NCBI RefSeq assembly: GCF_009914755.1
Contig: NC_060930.1
DNA length: 64,000 nt
Direction: 5' to 3' (one strand)
Source: the human T2T-CHM13v2.0 reference genome, Homo sapiens
Part shown: piece after piece, positions 42,126 to 56,727 of the stretch
How the letters are laid out: every line of letters starts with the position of its first letter
How positions within the stretch are numbered: the first letter of the stretch is position 1
The notes under the pieces: generated by a model
What the model was told of the DNA's origin: nothing
Seen by the model: only the letters and a program-made list of their open reading frames with translations
The model's database searches: none
Position numbers and translations under genes: made by a program

Positions 42126-42169
42126 AACAGTGTCACAGTTTTCTCATAATCTGTTAGTTAATATCATAC

Positions 42170-43350
<1,181 letters not shown>

Positions 43351-43374
43351 GAGGGGCCGCAAAGTCATGAATTG

Positions 43375-43832
43375 AATCAGTTAGGGTTCCAGAAGGAAAC
43401 AAGTGGCACACCCACACTGAGGAATTGGAGGAGATTTTAATAAAAAGGTGATTTACAAAGCTGTAGGCAGGATCCCAAAGCAGATAACAGTGCTGCTTCT
43501 CGTTACACTCTTAGGCTGGAAGGTGTGAAGGAAGGGAGTGGTAACGGCCCTGATTTGATCCCTGCGGAGGGCATCAGAGGTTGTAATGGGAGCTGTGGAG
43601 GATGAAGTCAACCTCGGGTGGCCCCATCAGGAAAGAGGTGTAAGGGGATAGGAAAGATAATTCTCAGACATCAGTCTCTGTCTTCCCTCTCATTTCCTGC
43701 CAGTGTTTCCATTGTTTGACTCCCCCAGGAGCCACAGGGACCAGGGAACCTGCTGCTATGATCGTTGCAGGCCCAGAACAGGGTGGAGAAAGGAGGAGAA
43801 TGGGTCTGAGGGCCAACATGAAAGTCTCCAGT
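43375..43832 (-). mobile_element. Old ERVL-type LTR (family uncertain)
   Basis: tcagttagggttccagaaggaaacaagtggcacac...tttaataaa...tttacaaag; gggtggagaaag...aatgggtctgagg end. Confidence 0.5.
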
Positions 43833-44091
43833 CAATATGCTGCTTTTCTACTGAATTGGTTGAATTTCCCTTAGTGATGTGTATGTGTGCTTCTACAGAA
43901 GCACAGATGTTTCTTTAGCCTCTGCCCAGCTGATTTCTGTGTGAGAATCTCACACCTTTACCAAGTACCCATTTGCTATTTGGCGTGACGTGTTTCTTTA
44001 CATTGAGTTACAATTTGCCTTCCTAAAACATGCAGTCATCAATCATGTTCCAATTCCCCTTGAAAAAATGGGCCTTCAAAATCCAGAAGAC

Positions 44092-45421
44092 GTATTCCTA
44101 GGTATTTTTGTGTGTGTGGCTATTGTAAATGAGATTGCATTTTTGTTTAATTCTGTTTGAGTGTTATTGGTGTATAGAAATGCTACTGATTTTGTACATT
44201 GATTTTGTATCCTGAAACTGAAGTCATTTCAGTACTAGGAGCCTTTTGGCAGAGTCTTTGGTGTTTTGTAGGTACAGAATCCTATCATCAGTGAAGAGAG
44301 ATGGTTTGACTTCTCTTTCCTATTTGGGTGGCTTTTATTTCCCTCTCTTGCCTGAATGCTCTTGGCTAGGACTTCCAGCATCATGTTAAATAGAAATGGT
44401 AGATCAAGTGTCCTTGTATTGTTTCACTTAAAGGAATGCTTCCAGCTTTTGCATGTTCAGTGTGATGTTGGCTGTGGTTTGTAATTAGATGGCTCATTAT
44501 TTTCAGGTTTGTTTCGTCAGTGCCTTGTTTGTTAAAGGTTTTTATCATGAAGGGATACGGCATTTTATTAAAACTTTTTCCATGTCTGTTGAGATGATCA
44601 TATGGTTTTTGTTTTTAATTCTGTTTATGTGGTGAATTACACTTACTGACTTGCATATGTTGAACCAACCTTGCCTCCCAGGAATGAAGCCTACTTGATC
44701 CTGGTGAATTAACTTTTTGTTGTGCTGCTGCATTTGGCTTGCTAATGTTTTGTTGAGGATTTTTGCAGGTATATTCAGCAGGGATATTGGCTGGCAGTTT
44801 TCCGTTTTCGTTGATTCTTTGCCAGGTTTTGGTATCAGGGTGATGCTGGTTTCATACACTGAGTTAGGGTAGAGGTCCTCCTCCTCAACTTTTTTGGAAT
44901 AGTTTTAATAGAATTTGTATCGGCTCTTCTTTGTACTTCTGGAGTTCAGCTATAAGTCCATCTGGTCTGGGGCTTATATTGGTTGGTAGGTTTTTGTTAA
45001 TGATTCAATTTTGGAATTTGATATTTTTCTGTTCAGTGTTTCAATTTCTTCCTAATTCAATCTTGAAAGGTTGTGTGTTTACATGAATTTATCCATTTCC
45101 TCTAGACTTTCTAGTTCATGTGCATAGAGGAGTTCATAAAAATGTCTGAGAATCTTCTTTCTGTGGGATTCGTTGTAAGGTCACCTTTGTAATTTCTAAT
45201 TGTGCTTATTTGGATATTCTGTCCTTTTTCCTTTGTTAATCTATCTAGCAGTCTATCAATCTTGTTTTTCCTTTCAAAGAGCCAATTTTTGGTTTTGTTG
45301 ATTCTTTGTATGGATTTCTGGTTCTCAATTTCATTCATTTTTGTTCCAATTTTAGTTATTTATTTTTTTCTGCTAGCTTTGGGGTTAGTTTGTTCTTGTT
45401 TTTCTATTTTCTCTTGCTGTG
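44092..45421 (-). mobile_element. Inverted 5' segment of an L1PA15/16-like element (degraded ORF2, RT region)
   Basis: ORFs 44545-44859 (ITLIPKPGK...PISLLNI...KILNK...[16 protein letters not shown]) and 45111-45338 are L1 ORF2 fragments on the minus strand. Confidence 0.93.
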
Positions 45422-47411
45422 TAACCAAGGAGGTAAAAGATCTCTACAAGGAAAACTACACAATACTGCTGAAAGAAATCATATGTGACATAAATAAATT
45501 GAAAAACATTCCATACTCATGGATTAGAAGAATCAATATAATTAAAGTGGCCATACTGCCCAAAAGAATCTATAGTTCAACGCTAATCCTATCACACTTC
45601 TAATGTAATTTTTCACAGAATTAGAAAAAGCTATTCTAAATTCATATGGAACCAAAAAAGAGCCCAAATAGCAAAAAGAACAAAGCCACAGGCATCACAT
45701 TACCTGACTTAAAACTGTACTATAAAGCTACACTAACCAAAACAGCATGTCACTGATACAAAACCAGACACATAGTTCTGGTTCTTTCATGGTTCTGTTC
45801 ATGTCTTTGCCCATTTTTAATGGAGTTATTTATAAACACAATTAGAAATTACAAAGGTGACCTTACAACCAATCCCACAGAAAGAAGATCCTCAGAAATT
45901 TTTATGAACACCTCTATGCACACGAACTAGAAAATCTAGAGGAAATGGATAAATTCACATAAACACACAACCTTCCAAGATTGAATTAGGAAGAAATTGA
46001 AACACTGAACAGACAAATATCAAATTCCAAAATTAAATGTTCCAATGGAACAGAATAGAGAACTCAGAAATAAAGCCACACACCTACAACCACCTGATCT
46101 TCAACAAAGTTGACAAAAATAAGCAATGGGGAAAGAACTCCCAACTCAATAAATGAGTGCTGGGATATCTGGTTAGCCATATGCAGAAGAATGAAAGTGG
46201 ACCCTTACCTTAAGATAGATTAAAGATGTAAACATAAGACCTCAAAGTATAAGAATCACAGAAAAAAACCTAGGAAATACCATTTTGGACTTTGGCCTTG
46301 GGAAAGAATTTATGACTAAGTCCTCAATGGCAATTGCAACAAAAACAAAAATTGACAAGCGAGACCTATTTAAATGAAACTCGTCCATTAAAATAGGCTC
46401 AAGAAAAAGAAACTAGCAACAGAGTATTCAGACAATCTATAGAATGGGAGAAGATATTCGAAAACTAGCCATACAAGAAAGGTGTAATATCCAGAGAATC
46501 TATAAAAAGCCTAAACAATTGAACAAGCAAAGAAATAAATGAATGAATGAATAAACAAATAAATAAATAACTCCATTAAAAATGGGCAAAGACATGAACA
46601 ATCACTTATTAAAAGAAGACATATAAGCAGCCAATAAACACATGAAAAAAATGCTCCACATCGTTATCAGAGAAATGCAAATCAAAATCACAATGAAATA
46701 CCATCTCACATCAATCAGAATGGCTATTAAGAAAAGTAAAAAAAATAACAGATGCTGGCAAAGCTGTGGAGAAAAGAAACACTTATACACTGCTGGTGGG
46801 AATGTAAATTAGTTCAGCCGCTATGGAAAGCAGTCGGGAGATTTCTCAAAGAACTTAGAACTACCAACAATTCCATTGCTAGGTATATACCCAAAGGAAA
46901 ACACATTGTTCTACCAAGAAGACACATGCGTTTGTATGTTCACTGCAGTGCTATTCACGATAGCAAAGACATGGAATCAACCCAGGTGCCCATCAATGGT
47001 CGATTGGATGAAGAAAATGTGGTACATCTACACCATGGAATATTACACCATCATAAAAAAGAATAGAATCATATCCTCTGCAGCAACATGGATGCAGCTG
47101 GAGACTGTTATCCTAAGCAATTTAATTCAGGAACAGGAAACCTAATACTGCCTATTCTCACTTATAACTGGGAACTAAGCATTGGGTACACATGGACATA
47201 AAGATGGGAACAACAGACAGTGGGGACTACTAGAGTGGGGAGAGAAGAAGCAGGGCAAGGGCTGAAAAACTACCTTTTGGGTACTATGCTCACTACCTGC
47301 GTGACAGGATCATTTGTGCCCCAAACCTCAGTGTAATGCAAATGCCCATGTAACAAACCTGCACATGTACTGTCTGAATCTACAATAAAAGTTGAAATAA
47401 CTTTTAAAAAA
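45422..47411 (+). mobile_element. Non-inverted 3' segment of the same L1PA15/16-like element
   Basis: ORF2 C-terminus (HCWWECKLVQPLWK; MWYIYTMEYY); 3'UTR ggcaagggctgaaaaactacc...aataaaagttgaaa; possible decayed TSD caaaatccagaagac (44077) / caaactcagaaaac (47415). Confidence 0.93.
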
Positions 47412-47799
47412 TCCCAAACTCAGAAAACACTCTCATGACATCTTTATTTCTCCAATGCTGCTCCCCCAACTTATTCTTTTTAGCACTCATACCAGATTGA
47501 TGGTTCATACGGAGCCTGTAGTTCACTAACCGCCACTGCCCACACCCATTCCATGTGAGCTGCTATCAAATCTCACCTTCTCCATCCTTCTCATATGCAA
47601 ATTAATTTTAAAACTAAATTCTCACTGTACATTTATGTCCGTTCTATTTTATTTGATTTGATTCCAATCTTGGACATATTCCTGTTGGAAACTGTATAAA
47701 TTTGATACATAAAATGTATTAGCGCTTTTTCCTGGCCTTGAGTCATATACGATCTTTATTAATGCGGACTTTGATTTAAATGTAAACTTACATTCAAAT

Positions 47800-47970
47800 G
47801 TGGCTCTGACACAGTATGACTTGGTATAACTTTCTTATCTTTACTGAGATTAATTTTCTCATTAATAGAAAAGCAATAATATCTATCTTGTAGGGCTATT
47901 GTTCGTTATTTTCAAAAAACATTGGAGCATAGAGAAAATTAATTAAGATAACATGTGAAAATGCCTTCAC
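47800..47970 (+). mobile_element. MIR fragment
   Basis: tatgacttggtataac...aataatatctatcttgtagggctattg...taagataacatgtgaaaatgc. Confidence 0.5.
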
Positions 47971-49184
47971 AATAGCCACTCTGTAGTGTAATGGAAGTGT
48001 GGTTTTAAACATCCAATGAGCTTTCCTTTTGTGTTTTACCAAGTGCCAGACCTTTGCCCTGGCTCACCTCAGCATCCGTCTGCCTAAAGTGATATTGGGA
48101 TTTGTTACAGCTGAAAGGCAGAGAGAAAAGGCAATCAAAATAAGATTATGCAGCAAAAGAGTCATTTTCCCAGGCCAACTATTGCACTGAGAAAATGATT
48201 TGTTCTTCCACATTTCTTTTTTCTCCTTCTACAGTCTATGGGAATTCTCAATAAACAGCATTCTCCTATAGTGCAGGAGAGAGAGAGCTTGTCCACCATT
48301 AGGGCTTACCTGGAATTAGAAAGGAAATCATGGCACAGATAAAGTTCAAACAAACAAACAAACAAAAAGCCTGTCCTCTTTCCAGTCCTAGGGTCTATGG
48401 GAAGAAGTAAAAACATGAAACAATCAGATAGTGAGTTACATGTTTCCTGATTTCTCTGCTTTGTACTTTGGCCCGGAAGGGAGAAGGTAGTTTAAATAAC
48501 AGAAGGGAGACCCCGATGGCATAAGGTCTTTTCCTTCTGCTCATCTGGGATGTTGAGAGGAGACTGACTTACAAACTCTCCTACACCCATGTGGAACAAA
48601 GGAAGAGGAAGCCTAGATGGTCCTGTGCCAGCAGGGATACCACCGGAAAGAGGCCAGCTCAGACATCATTTCAGCCTCATGTTTCAACTCCTAATGTTAG
48701 TCCAGAGGAAACAGAAGTCACTCCCCAGAACAACTGACACTATCCTGCTGCCATGGAAGTGTCTTAGCCATACATTCTCTCTACACTCAGAGATAACTTA
48801 GGTTCAAAATTGGAAGAGCATTTCTTTTAAATGGGACTACTTATATTAACATAATAGAGTAAATTCAAACAGAAGTGTATTCATAGTTAAATTTTTATCT
48901 ACTTATCAGTAGATAGAGGCTCATAAAGAGAATAGCTACACATAAGATAAACTTTTTATCTTTGCACAACCAGGATGTAGTATAAGATGGGTTTTTTAAT
49001 CCTTCTTCAGTAGAAATTTAATAAATGTTAATTTCTCATCTTTCAATTTTTCTCTGTCAGCAAATTAAAAAAATTGTTTCATAGCCCCAGTCTAAATATA
49101 GGATGATGGTACCTTTTCATTGAGGATAAATGAAGGCTTGCCCTTGATAATTTCCACTTTTGCCTTTGTATTTTCAATTTATTT

Positions 49185-50712
49185 CTTTGTTATTTTTTTG
49201 TTTTAAGCTAGAAACAACTCAAATCGGCTTAAGCAAACAAAAAGGCTATTTAAAAAATCTGTGTAACTGAACATTCTAGGGTCTTTTTTCAGGTATAGTT
49301 GGCTCTGGGTTTATGGTATGTGAGGACTTGGTATTTATTCATTTAATCTTTCAGCTTTACTTTACACATATGGGCCTCAAGCCCAGACTGGCTGCCTCCA
49401 GGTGGTGACCCTTAGCAGTTCCAGGTTAACATTCTACCAGTGTCAAGGACAGTGCCAAAAGAATGCTTTGATGCCAGAAATTTGAAAAAAAAAAATATAT
49501 TTTTATATATATATTTTATATATTATATATAATAAATTATATATATTTTATATATTATATATAGTAAATTATATATATTATATATATTATATATAATAAA
49601 TTATATATATTATATATATTATATATAATAAATTATATATATTATATATTATATATAATATATTATATATATTATATATTATATATAATAAATTATATAT
49701 ATTATATATTATATATAATAAATTATATATTTTATATATTATATATATTATATAATATATATTTTATATATTATATATATTATATAATATATATTTTATA
49801 TATTATATATATTATATAATATATATTTTATATATATTATATAATATATATTTTATATATTATATATATTATATAATATATATTTTATATATTATATATA
49901 TTATATAATATATATTTTATATATTATATATTATATAATATATATTTTATATATTATATATTATATAATATATATTTTATATATTATATATATTATATAA
50001 TATATATTTTATATATTATATATATTTTATATTTTATATATTATATATTTTATATTTTATATATATATTATATATATAATATATATAATACGTATTATAT
50101 ATAATATATATATAATACGTATTATATATAATATATATATAATACGTATTATATATATTATATATATATAATATATATAATACGTATTATATATATATTA
50201 TATATATATTATATATATAATACGTATTATATATATTATATATATAATATATATATAATATATATATAAATATATATTATATATAATATATATATAATAT
50301 ATATATAATATATATATTATATATATATTATATACATAATATATATAAATATATATATTATATATATAATATATATATAATATATATATAAATATATATA
50401 TTATATATATAATATATATATAATATATATATAAATATATATATTATATATATATCCTGGAACTGTCCAATTGGCATGTCTGGGATCTCTTGCCTACCCT
50501 TGAGACAATTGCTCTAGCCAGGGGGATGGAATTGCCTACATGGTCACGCCCGAGTCGGGTACCCACCTGTAGAGCCAGGGAGTCAAGTCAGCTTCATCTG
50601 AACCACATGGATTAAAGGTGGGAGGAAACAGTTTCCCAAGGAAATCAGGTTGCTGTCATCAGAAGAGGGGACTGGGTGCTGGGCAGGAAAACCCCGCACA
50701 CTGTGCACACCA
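49185..50712 (-). mobile_element. MLT1 (K/L-like) LTR interrupted by the AT array
   Basis: agaaacaactcaaatcggcttaagcaaa on the left of the array; ctagccagggggatgg...gggtgctgggcagg on the right. Confidence 0.65.
49485..50455. repeat. ~970-bp AT-rich complex micro/minisatellite
   Basis: About 99% A/T; successive blocks of different ~25-35 bp units; five TATAATACGTATTATA palindromes at 50084-50231. Confidence 0.97.
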
Positions 50713-51043
50713 TATGCTTTCACCAGCAGTTTGTCCATAGCTCACTATCTGTGATTCCCAAATGTTCCCCTTGGAAGGTTCTGCTACGTAGGTTCACCTT
50801 AGAATGTTCGTCACAGAAGTTTCTCCAGAAAGATTTCATGATTGCAGCTGCTATTTCTTTCAGTAGCATGTAGTGTGATTTGAGAGGCCTGAACAGCCTT
50901 GAGTTTCCCTAGTCTTGACTGGGGAATGGTCTTCGCCTCTCTGGAAAAGGCCACCTCCCCGATTGAATATTCCACCATGGGAAGTGGTGAAATGGCGCCC
51001 TGAGACCCCGGGGGAGCATCCTTCCCCATCCCGGCCCGTGGAA

Positions 51044-51057
51044 CCAGCAGGTGGCAG
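51044..51057 (+). promoter_or_regulatory. Candidate CTCF site CCAGCAGGTGGCAG
   Basis: Matches the core consensus CCASYAGRKGGCRS, within a locally GC/CpG-enriched non-repeat segment. Confidence 0.45.
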
Positions 51058-54000
51058 ATGTGGCAGCAGAGCCTCCTCACCTTGTACTCAAGGCCCTCTT
51101 ACTTGTGTAGAGCTCAGCTTCCTGGTCTATGGACTTACTTTGCCTTTTCTGTATGAAGGCCATCCTCGATGAACTGTAAAGCCAATCAGTGTTGAATGAG
51201 TGAGGAAAAAGCGGAATGAAAACAGTAAATAAGGAGTTGCCTTCTCTGTATTAATATTAGAATCTCTGCCTCAGCCGTAGAGAAAATCATTGACGTGCTT
51301 GCTAGAAGCAGCTCTGAAAGACGTTTTTGTAAAACGCTTTTTATCCCGTCAAAGGCTCAGCTCATTTGGGGCTAAGGCTTCCTGCATCCACCATGGGCTT
51401 GAACGTGAGGCTTGGAAAAAGCGGAGACAACGTTGGAAAGAATGAGGCCTGAGAACGAGTCAGTGCCGCCTCATCCGCGTCACCACATCCCTGTAGGATG
51501 CAGTGTCTTCATTCGTAAAACAAGGGTGTTGGACTACTGTATCTTGAGGGTCCCTTGGCGCTGAATTTCCATCTTTGAGAGACAATGGCACTCTTACCTT
51601 TGAGCTTTTGGGAGAAATCCCTGTGAATGTGCCCTGGGGTCTTGCATGCCTCTCAGCATTCTCCTTGGGAGGTCACAGGCGCCGGTCTCATCAGGTGAGA
51701 AGGACAAAAGCAGCCCTGGCCGCCGTCAGCTGAGAGCTGGCCCGTGCTACTCAGCCAGGGCGTTGAACACGCCAGGGGATGCCACAATCAGATGCGCGTG
51801 CTCAGTGACCCAAGGAGCTGAGGCCAAAGGGAGATCTTCCGCAGTCAAAGCTGAGTGCATATCAGAACACTGCACACAGCACAGAAATGACCAGCTTTCC
51901 CCCTCCCAGCTAACAGGGCTTGTCTGCTCCAAATTTAGCCCTGCTCCACTCTTGCTACCTACTAGATAAAAATTATTAAAATATCCAACTATTAAACTAC
52001 CTCTACTTCCTGACAGTGTCCATTCCAGAGCAAAATTCTGCTTTCTTAAGCCCTGAAGAGAATTAACACAAGCCCAAATCTCTAAGGACCCCTCACCCCC
52101 TGCCACCCCATTCCCCATGGTATTAGCATATAAGCCCACCTTTGACTCCAGGTGTGTCCCTGGTGGTCTTTGGTTGGTGAGTTTGACAGAAGTGTCCAGC
52201 TCTCTCACAGCATTTTCATCTTCGTTTTTGAGTAGAATATCACAGCCTCCTTTTTCTGGAATCACACTTTCAGAATGCTGGAGTAGGTGTCAGACCAGAT
52301 TCTGTTTTCTCTTCCTGGATTATTATACTACAGAAGGACTGGTCACTTTGTGGCTATTCCCTCTATTTCTCCCACGTCATTAAAACTGTATTTTCCTTCT
52401 GGAGCTGAATCAGTCAAAAGGCATGTTTCCTCTCCTGAATTTTGCTATCTTCCAACTCTAGCTTCAATACAGGAGCATTGGGGTATTTAATATCATAAAT
52501 ATCAGTGCCAGGATTTTACCCTCAGACTCTCTAAGTGGCGTTAGTGGAGCTCAGCCACCTAATAATTTTTTTAAAAACTTGCCAAGTGACTCTAATACAT
52601 AGGCACTGTTGCAGATTATTGTTCTAAGAAATGAAACTGCCAGCATGTTCAACTTCTGCTTGAAGTTGATGATTTCAGGTATTACCTTGCATCTCCCTCA
52701 TCCCCCATCCCCAAGCCAAAATCCTCTCTGTCCAGTCTCCAATCCCTAAAGCAGCTTGTCTCTCTAACCCCAACCTCCGCGTCCCTCACTCTTGGCTATC
52801 CTGGTGTTGTGAATCGTGCACCTTGCATCTCATGCTCCATTTTGCATTCCTGAGTTGGGCTTTGACTTCCATTCAGAGTTTCCCTTTCAGCCAAATGTGT
52901 ATACCCCACCCCACTGAGGGCACTGGAGCCCTGACTTCTTATGATTTTGTCACTTCTTGAATTTTCAGCCAGTGCTACAATCCCTGCTCTCAAGGATAAT
53001 CTCTAACATTATCTAATTATCTAGATTATCTAAGGATAATCTCTAACATTATTGCATTCTCTCTCCTTTGTCTTTTAAATGCATGGTTGTGTGAATTTCT
53101 ATTCAAAAGTTTTGTCTGAACTGTGACTGGAGAACGCTGAAATTCTTGGAGCCCACACTTTGGCTGCTCAGCTCAGCCCCAGAAGCTGGCTTGACTTCCT
53201 GCAGCACCAGTCCCTCCAGTGGATTCACATGGGTGGTGCTGAGCACAGGAAAGTTGACTTTATACTCCAGTTTTCTGGGGACAGCCCTGTTTACACCTGC
53301 TTATGTGGTGTAATTACTACACATCTCCAGAGTGTCTTGGTTTGGATAATAAATTATATGATCACGGAAGATGCAGGGCCAAGTGTGATCTGTTGTGTTT
53401 TGCAGTCTTGGTTCAACAAGTCCTGAAAAATGACAGAATGAGTTTTCTAACAGTTGTCCTAACAGCCCAGTTCCCCCATCACCAGACCAGGATACTTGTC
53501 TCTTGCTTGTTTTGTGAAAAGAGTTTTGCCTCTATTTCTCATGTGACACACAAATACAGAAGATACGACTTTTCTTTCTTTCTCCTTTTGGGAATAGGTA
53601 ATCTATGAAAGGATGGGAGGGATTTGAGGCCTTCCATATTTATATGTTTATTTTTCTGAGTTTCTCATACTTTTTTCTTTTTTTCATGTAGATCCATCTT
53701 TCATTCTATTTTTATTCATATTTATACTTCTTTTTAATCTTATTGTTTCAATTTATTTTGCATAAAACAAATTCTATTTTTTTCCAGTTCTATTGCTTTT
53801 CCTATAATTCCAGGAATATTTTTGGTTACCTTAAAGCAATATTTATTCATTTAGCAGAGAGTTCCTCTGGGATATAGTACCATAACCCAATTTTAGTCTT
53901 TATCTAAAATTAATGGAGTCAATTTTGTGAAGCCATCTTTCAAGAATGATGCACCCCATTTTATTCTCTATTTTCTGTTGTATTTATAGCATTTGTAGTT

Positions 54001-55781
54001 TGCAACACACAATTTAGTGCTTGTTCACTGCTGAGTTTCTTTCTCTGCTTTGTGCTTGTTAGTATTCTTTCTTCCTCTAGATTTTTGAGCATGTTTTGGC
54101 AGGAGATAGGTTTTCTGCTTTTGTGTGTGTCCACATTAGTTATGAATGCAGTGCTGGACACATAACCAAGGATCAAAGAATATGTGCACCTCCATGGTTA
54201 GTTTCTCTAAATTCAATAACTGCAGCATACACATTGTTTTCTCTTACATGAAAAGTCTCCAGATCCTTATTCTTTCATTGCTATTCCTTCTGCATTCACA
54301 GTTCAACATCATCTTCATTAAATCTCATTTCTGATATCTCCTGTTGGTGGGTACTTATTTCAGCCTTTTAAAAATTTTATCAGATTTTTCTGATAAAAAT
54401 CTCACACCAACTCCCTTCTAAGCTTCGAGTTTTTAACTTAGTCTGTTTAACTAACTCTCTGCCTAGTTAACTAACTCTAGTCAATATGGAACATTTGGCG
54501 GTTGATTATTAGCCCATTTCTTGTGCAAATGTTTATATCTTTTGACATTTTTTTTACTTCATATAAATAGCACATTATGTATGTTCTTATTTCTACTGTC
54601 TGATGAGTTCTCTGTGCAGCCCCGTTATGGTGATTGGCTTGTATCAGCCAAAATGTTTTGTTTCTAATGCAATTTTCTTGGATTCCCCATGAATTGATGG
54701 GGTGACTCACAGCTGGATAATGATGGTTCATTGGCAGATTCATTTTATTTTATGTTGTCTCCTCCACCTTTGCTTCAGATGGCCTGCAACATATTCATAG
54801 GATCTGCGGAGCCCTGAATATTTGGCTATATTACTTCCTCCCACATACATTGTCACCCAATGTGACAGAATGACAGGGTAGCCCTGGGATAGTAAAAGCA
54901 GAGAGGCAATATTAGCATTAAGAGGTAATATTATTATTTACACAGTGTTATCATTTGAAGGTGCATAAGGTTGACACAGTAATCGCAAAAGGTTTAAAAG
55001 CACAATGACAGAACCTGTAATGTTTATTAACAGGCAAAGATAAATGATAATTTAGTGGTTGAAATGCTGGGGCTGAACACAATCAATTTAGATTAGATGC
55101 ACATTACCAAATTGAATACCTTTTATTTCTGCATAATGTTGTATCATGAATCAGAATTTTATTTATAACACTTGACTACAGAGGCAATTGAAATTCTGAG
55201 TTCACCCTAAATTACTTATTAACAGAAAAAGTACAACAGGTTTTCATATTTCAAAACACACTAGGTTACTTAAAGGTAACTATTTAATCATAGTTTAAAG
55301 AAATGTGGACAGCCAATGAATTTAATTTCACCTGGGGATAATGTTTCACAATGTCAGAGGGAGAACTTCCCTATATCACGCTGGAACCATGACAATTCAC
55401 TTTTTATGTATGGATAAAGGGTGATACAATGAACAGTACTTGCCTAGCAAAAAGGAAATCATAGAATACACATGATGGTAAAAGACGGTTGGTATTAAGT
55501 TGGACTAACTTGCAGAGAAAAGGTTTCGAAATATTCAATGACAATGATATCTGGCATAATCCAGAAAGCAATACAACTTTCCTGGGGCCTCCCAGGAAGG
55601 GAAGCTGCCAGTGGGGACTTGGGATTTGTGGGATATTCATGAATGTATTTAGCGAGGGAGCGTTACATCAGATGTGAACTGTCAGTTCAGAAAGACCAAC
55701 CCATGGAGCAGATGTGTCTGATCTACAGGGGAACTGACTGCCTTGAATTAAGTATATTTCCTGCTAAATCAAATATCTTAA

Positions 55782-56097
<316 letters not shown>

Positions 56098-56419
56098 AGT
56101 AATATTCAAGTCATTCTGCCATATGTTACTCTACTACTTCCACTTAATACATCCTACTGGTATCCAAGAGGATCTATTAATACTGAAATACTATTTAAAG
56201 CAAATGTACATGGTACATCCAACAATTACTCATCACCACTATCCCCTCTTCATTACGATTATTGAAAGCATCTGCATGTGATGAATTTCAAAGCACAGCT
56301 CAGAGGGATTGAAGTGATTTCTAGAAACATATTTTTAAAGACACAGCTTAGAGAGACTAGAAAATGTTAAGCTTGTCTGTTTAAGAAACTCCACACAAAT
56401 ACAAGAATTTATAACATTC

Positions 56420-56727
<308 letters not shown>

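Noticed and set aside
44381-47145. Reverse-transcriptase-like ORFs as a novel retroelement or defence system
   Set aside because: They are frameshifted, stop-interrupted LINE-1 ORF2 remnants.
49485-50455. CRISPR-like repeat-spacer array
   Set aside because: No unique spacers; it is a eukaryotic low-complexity satellite.
51747-52265. Longest ORF (172 aa, minus strand)
   Set aside because: Starts at GTG, has no recognisable domain or splice context, and its length is plausible by chance in a GC-richer patch.
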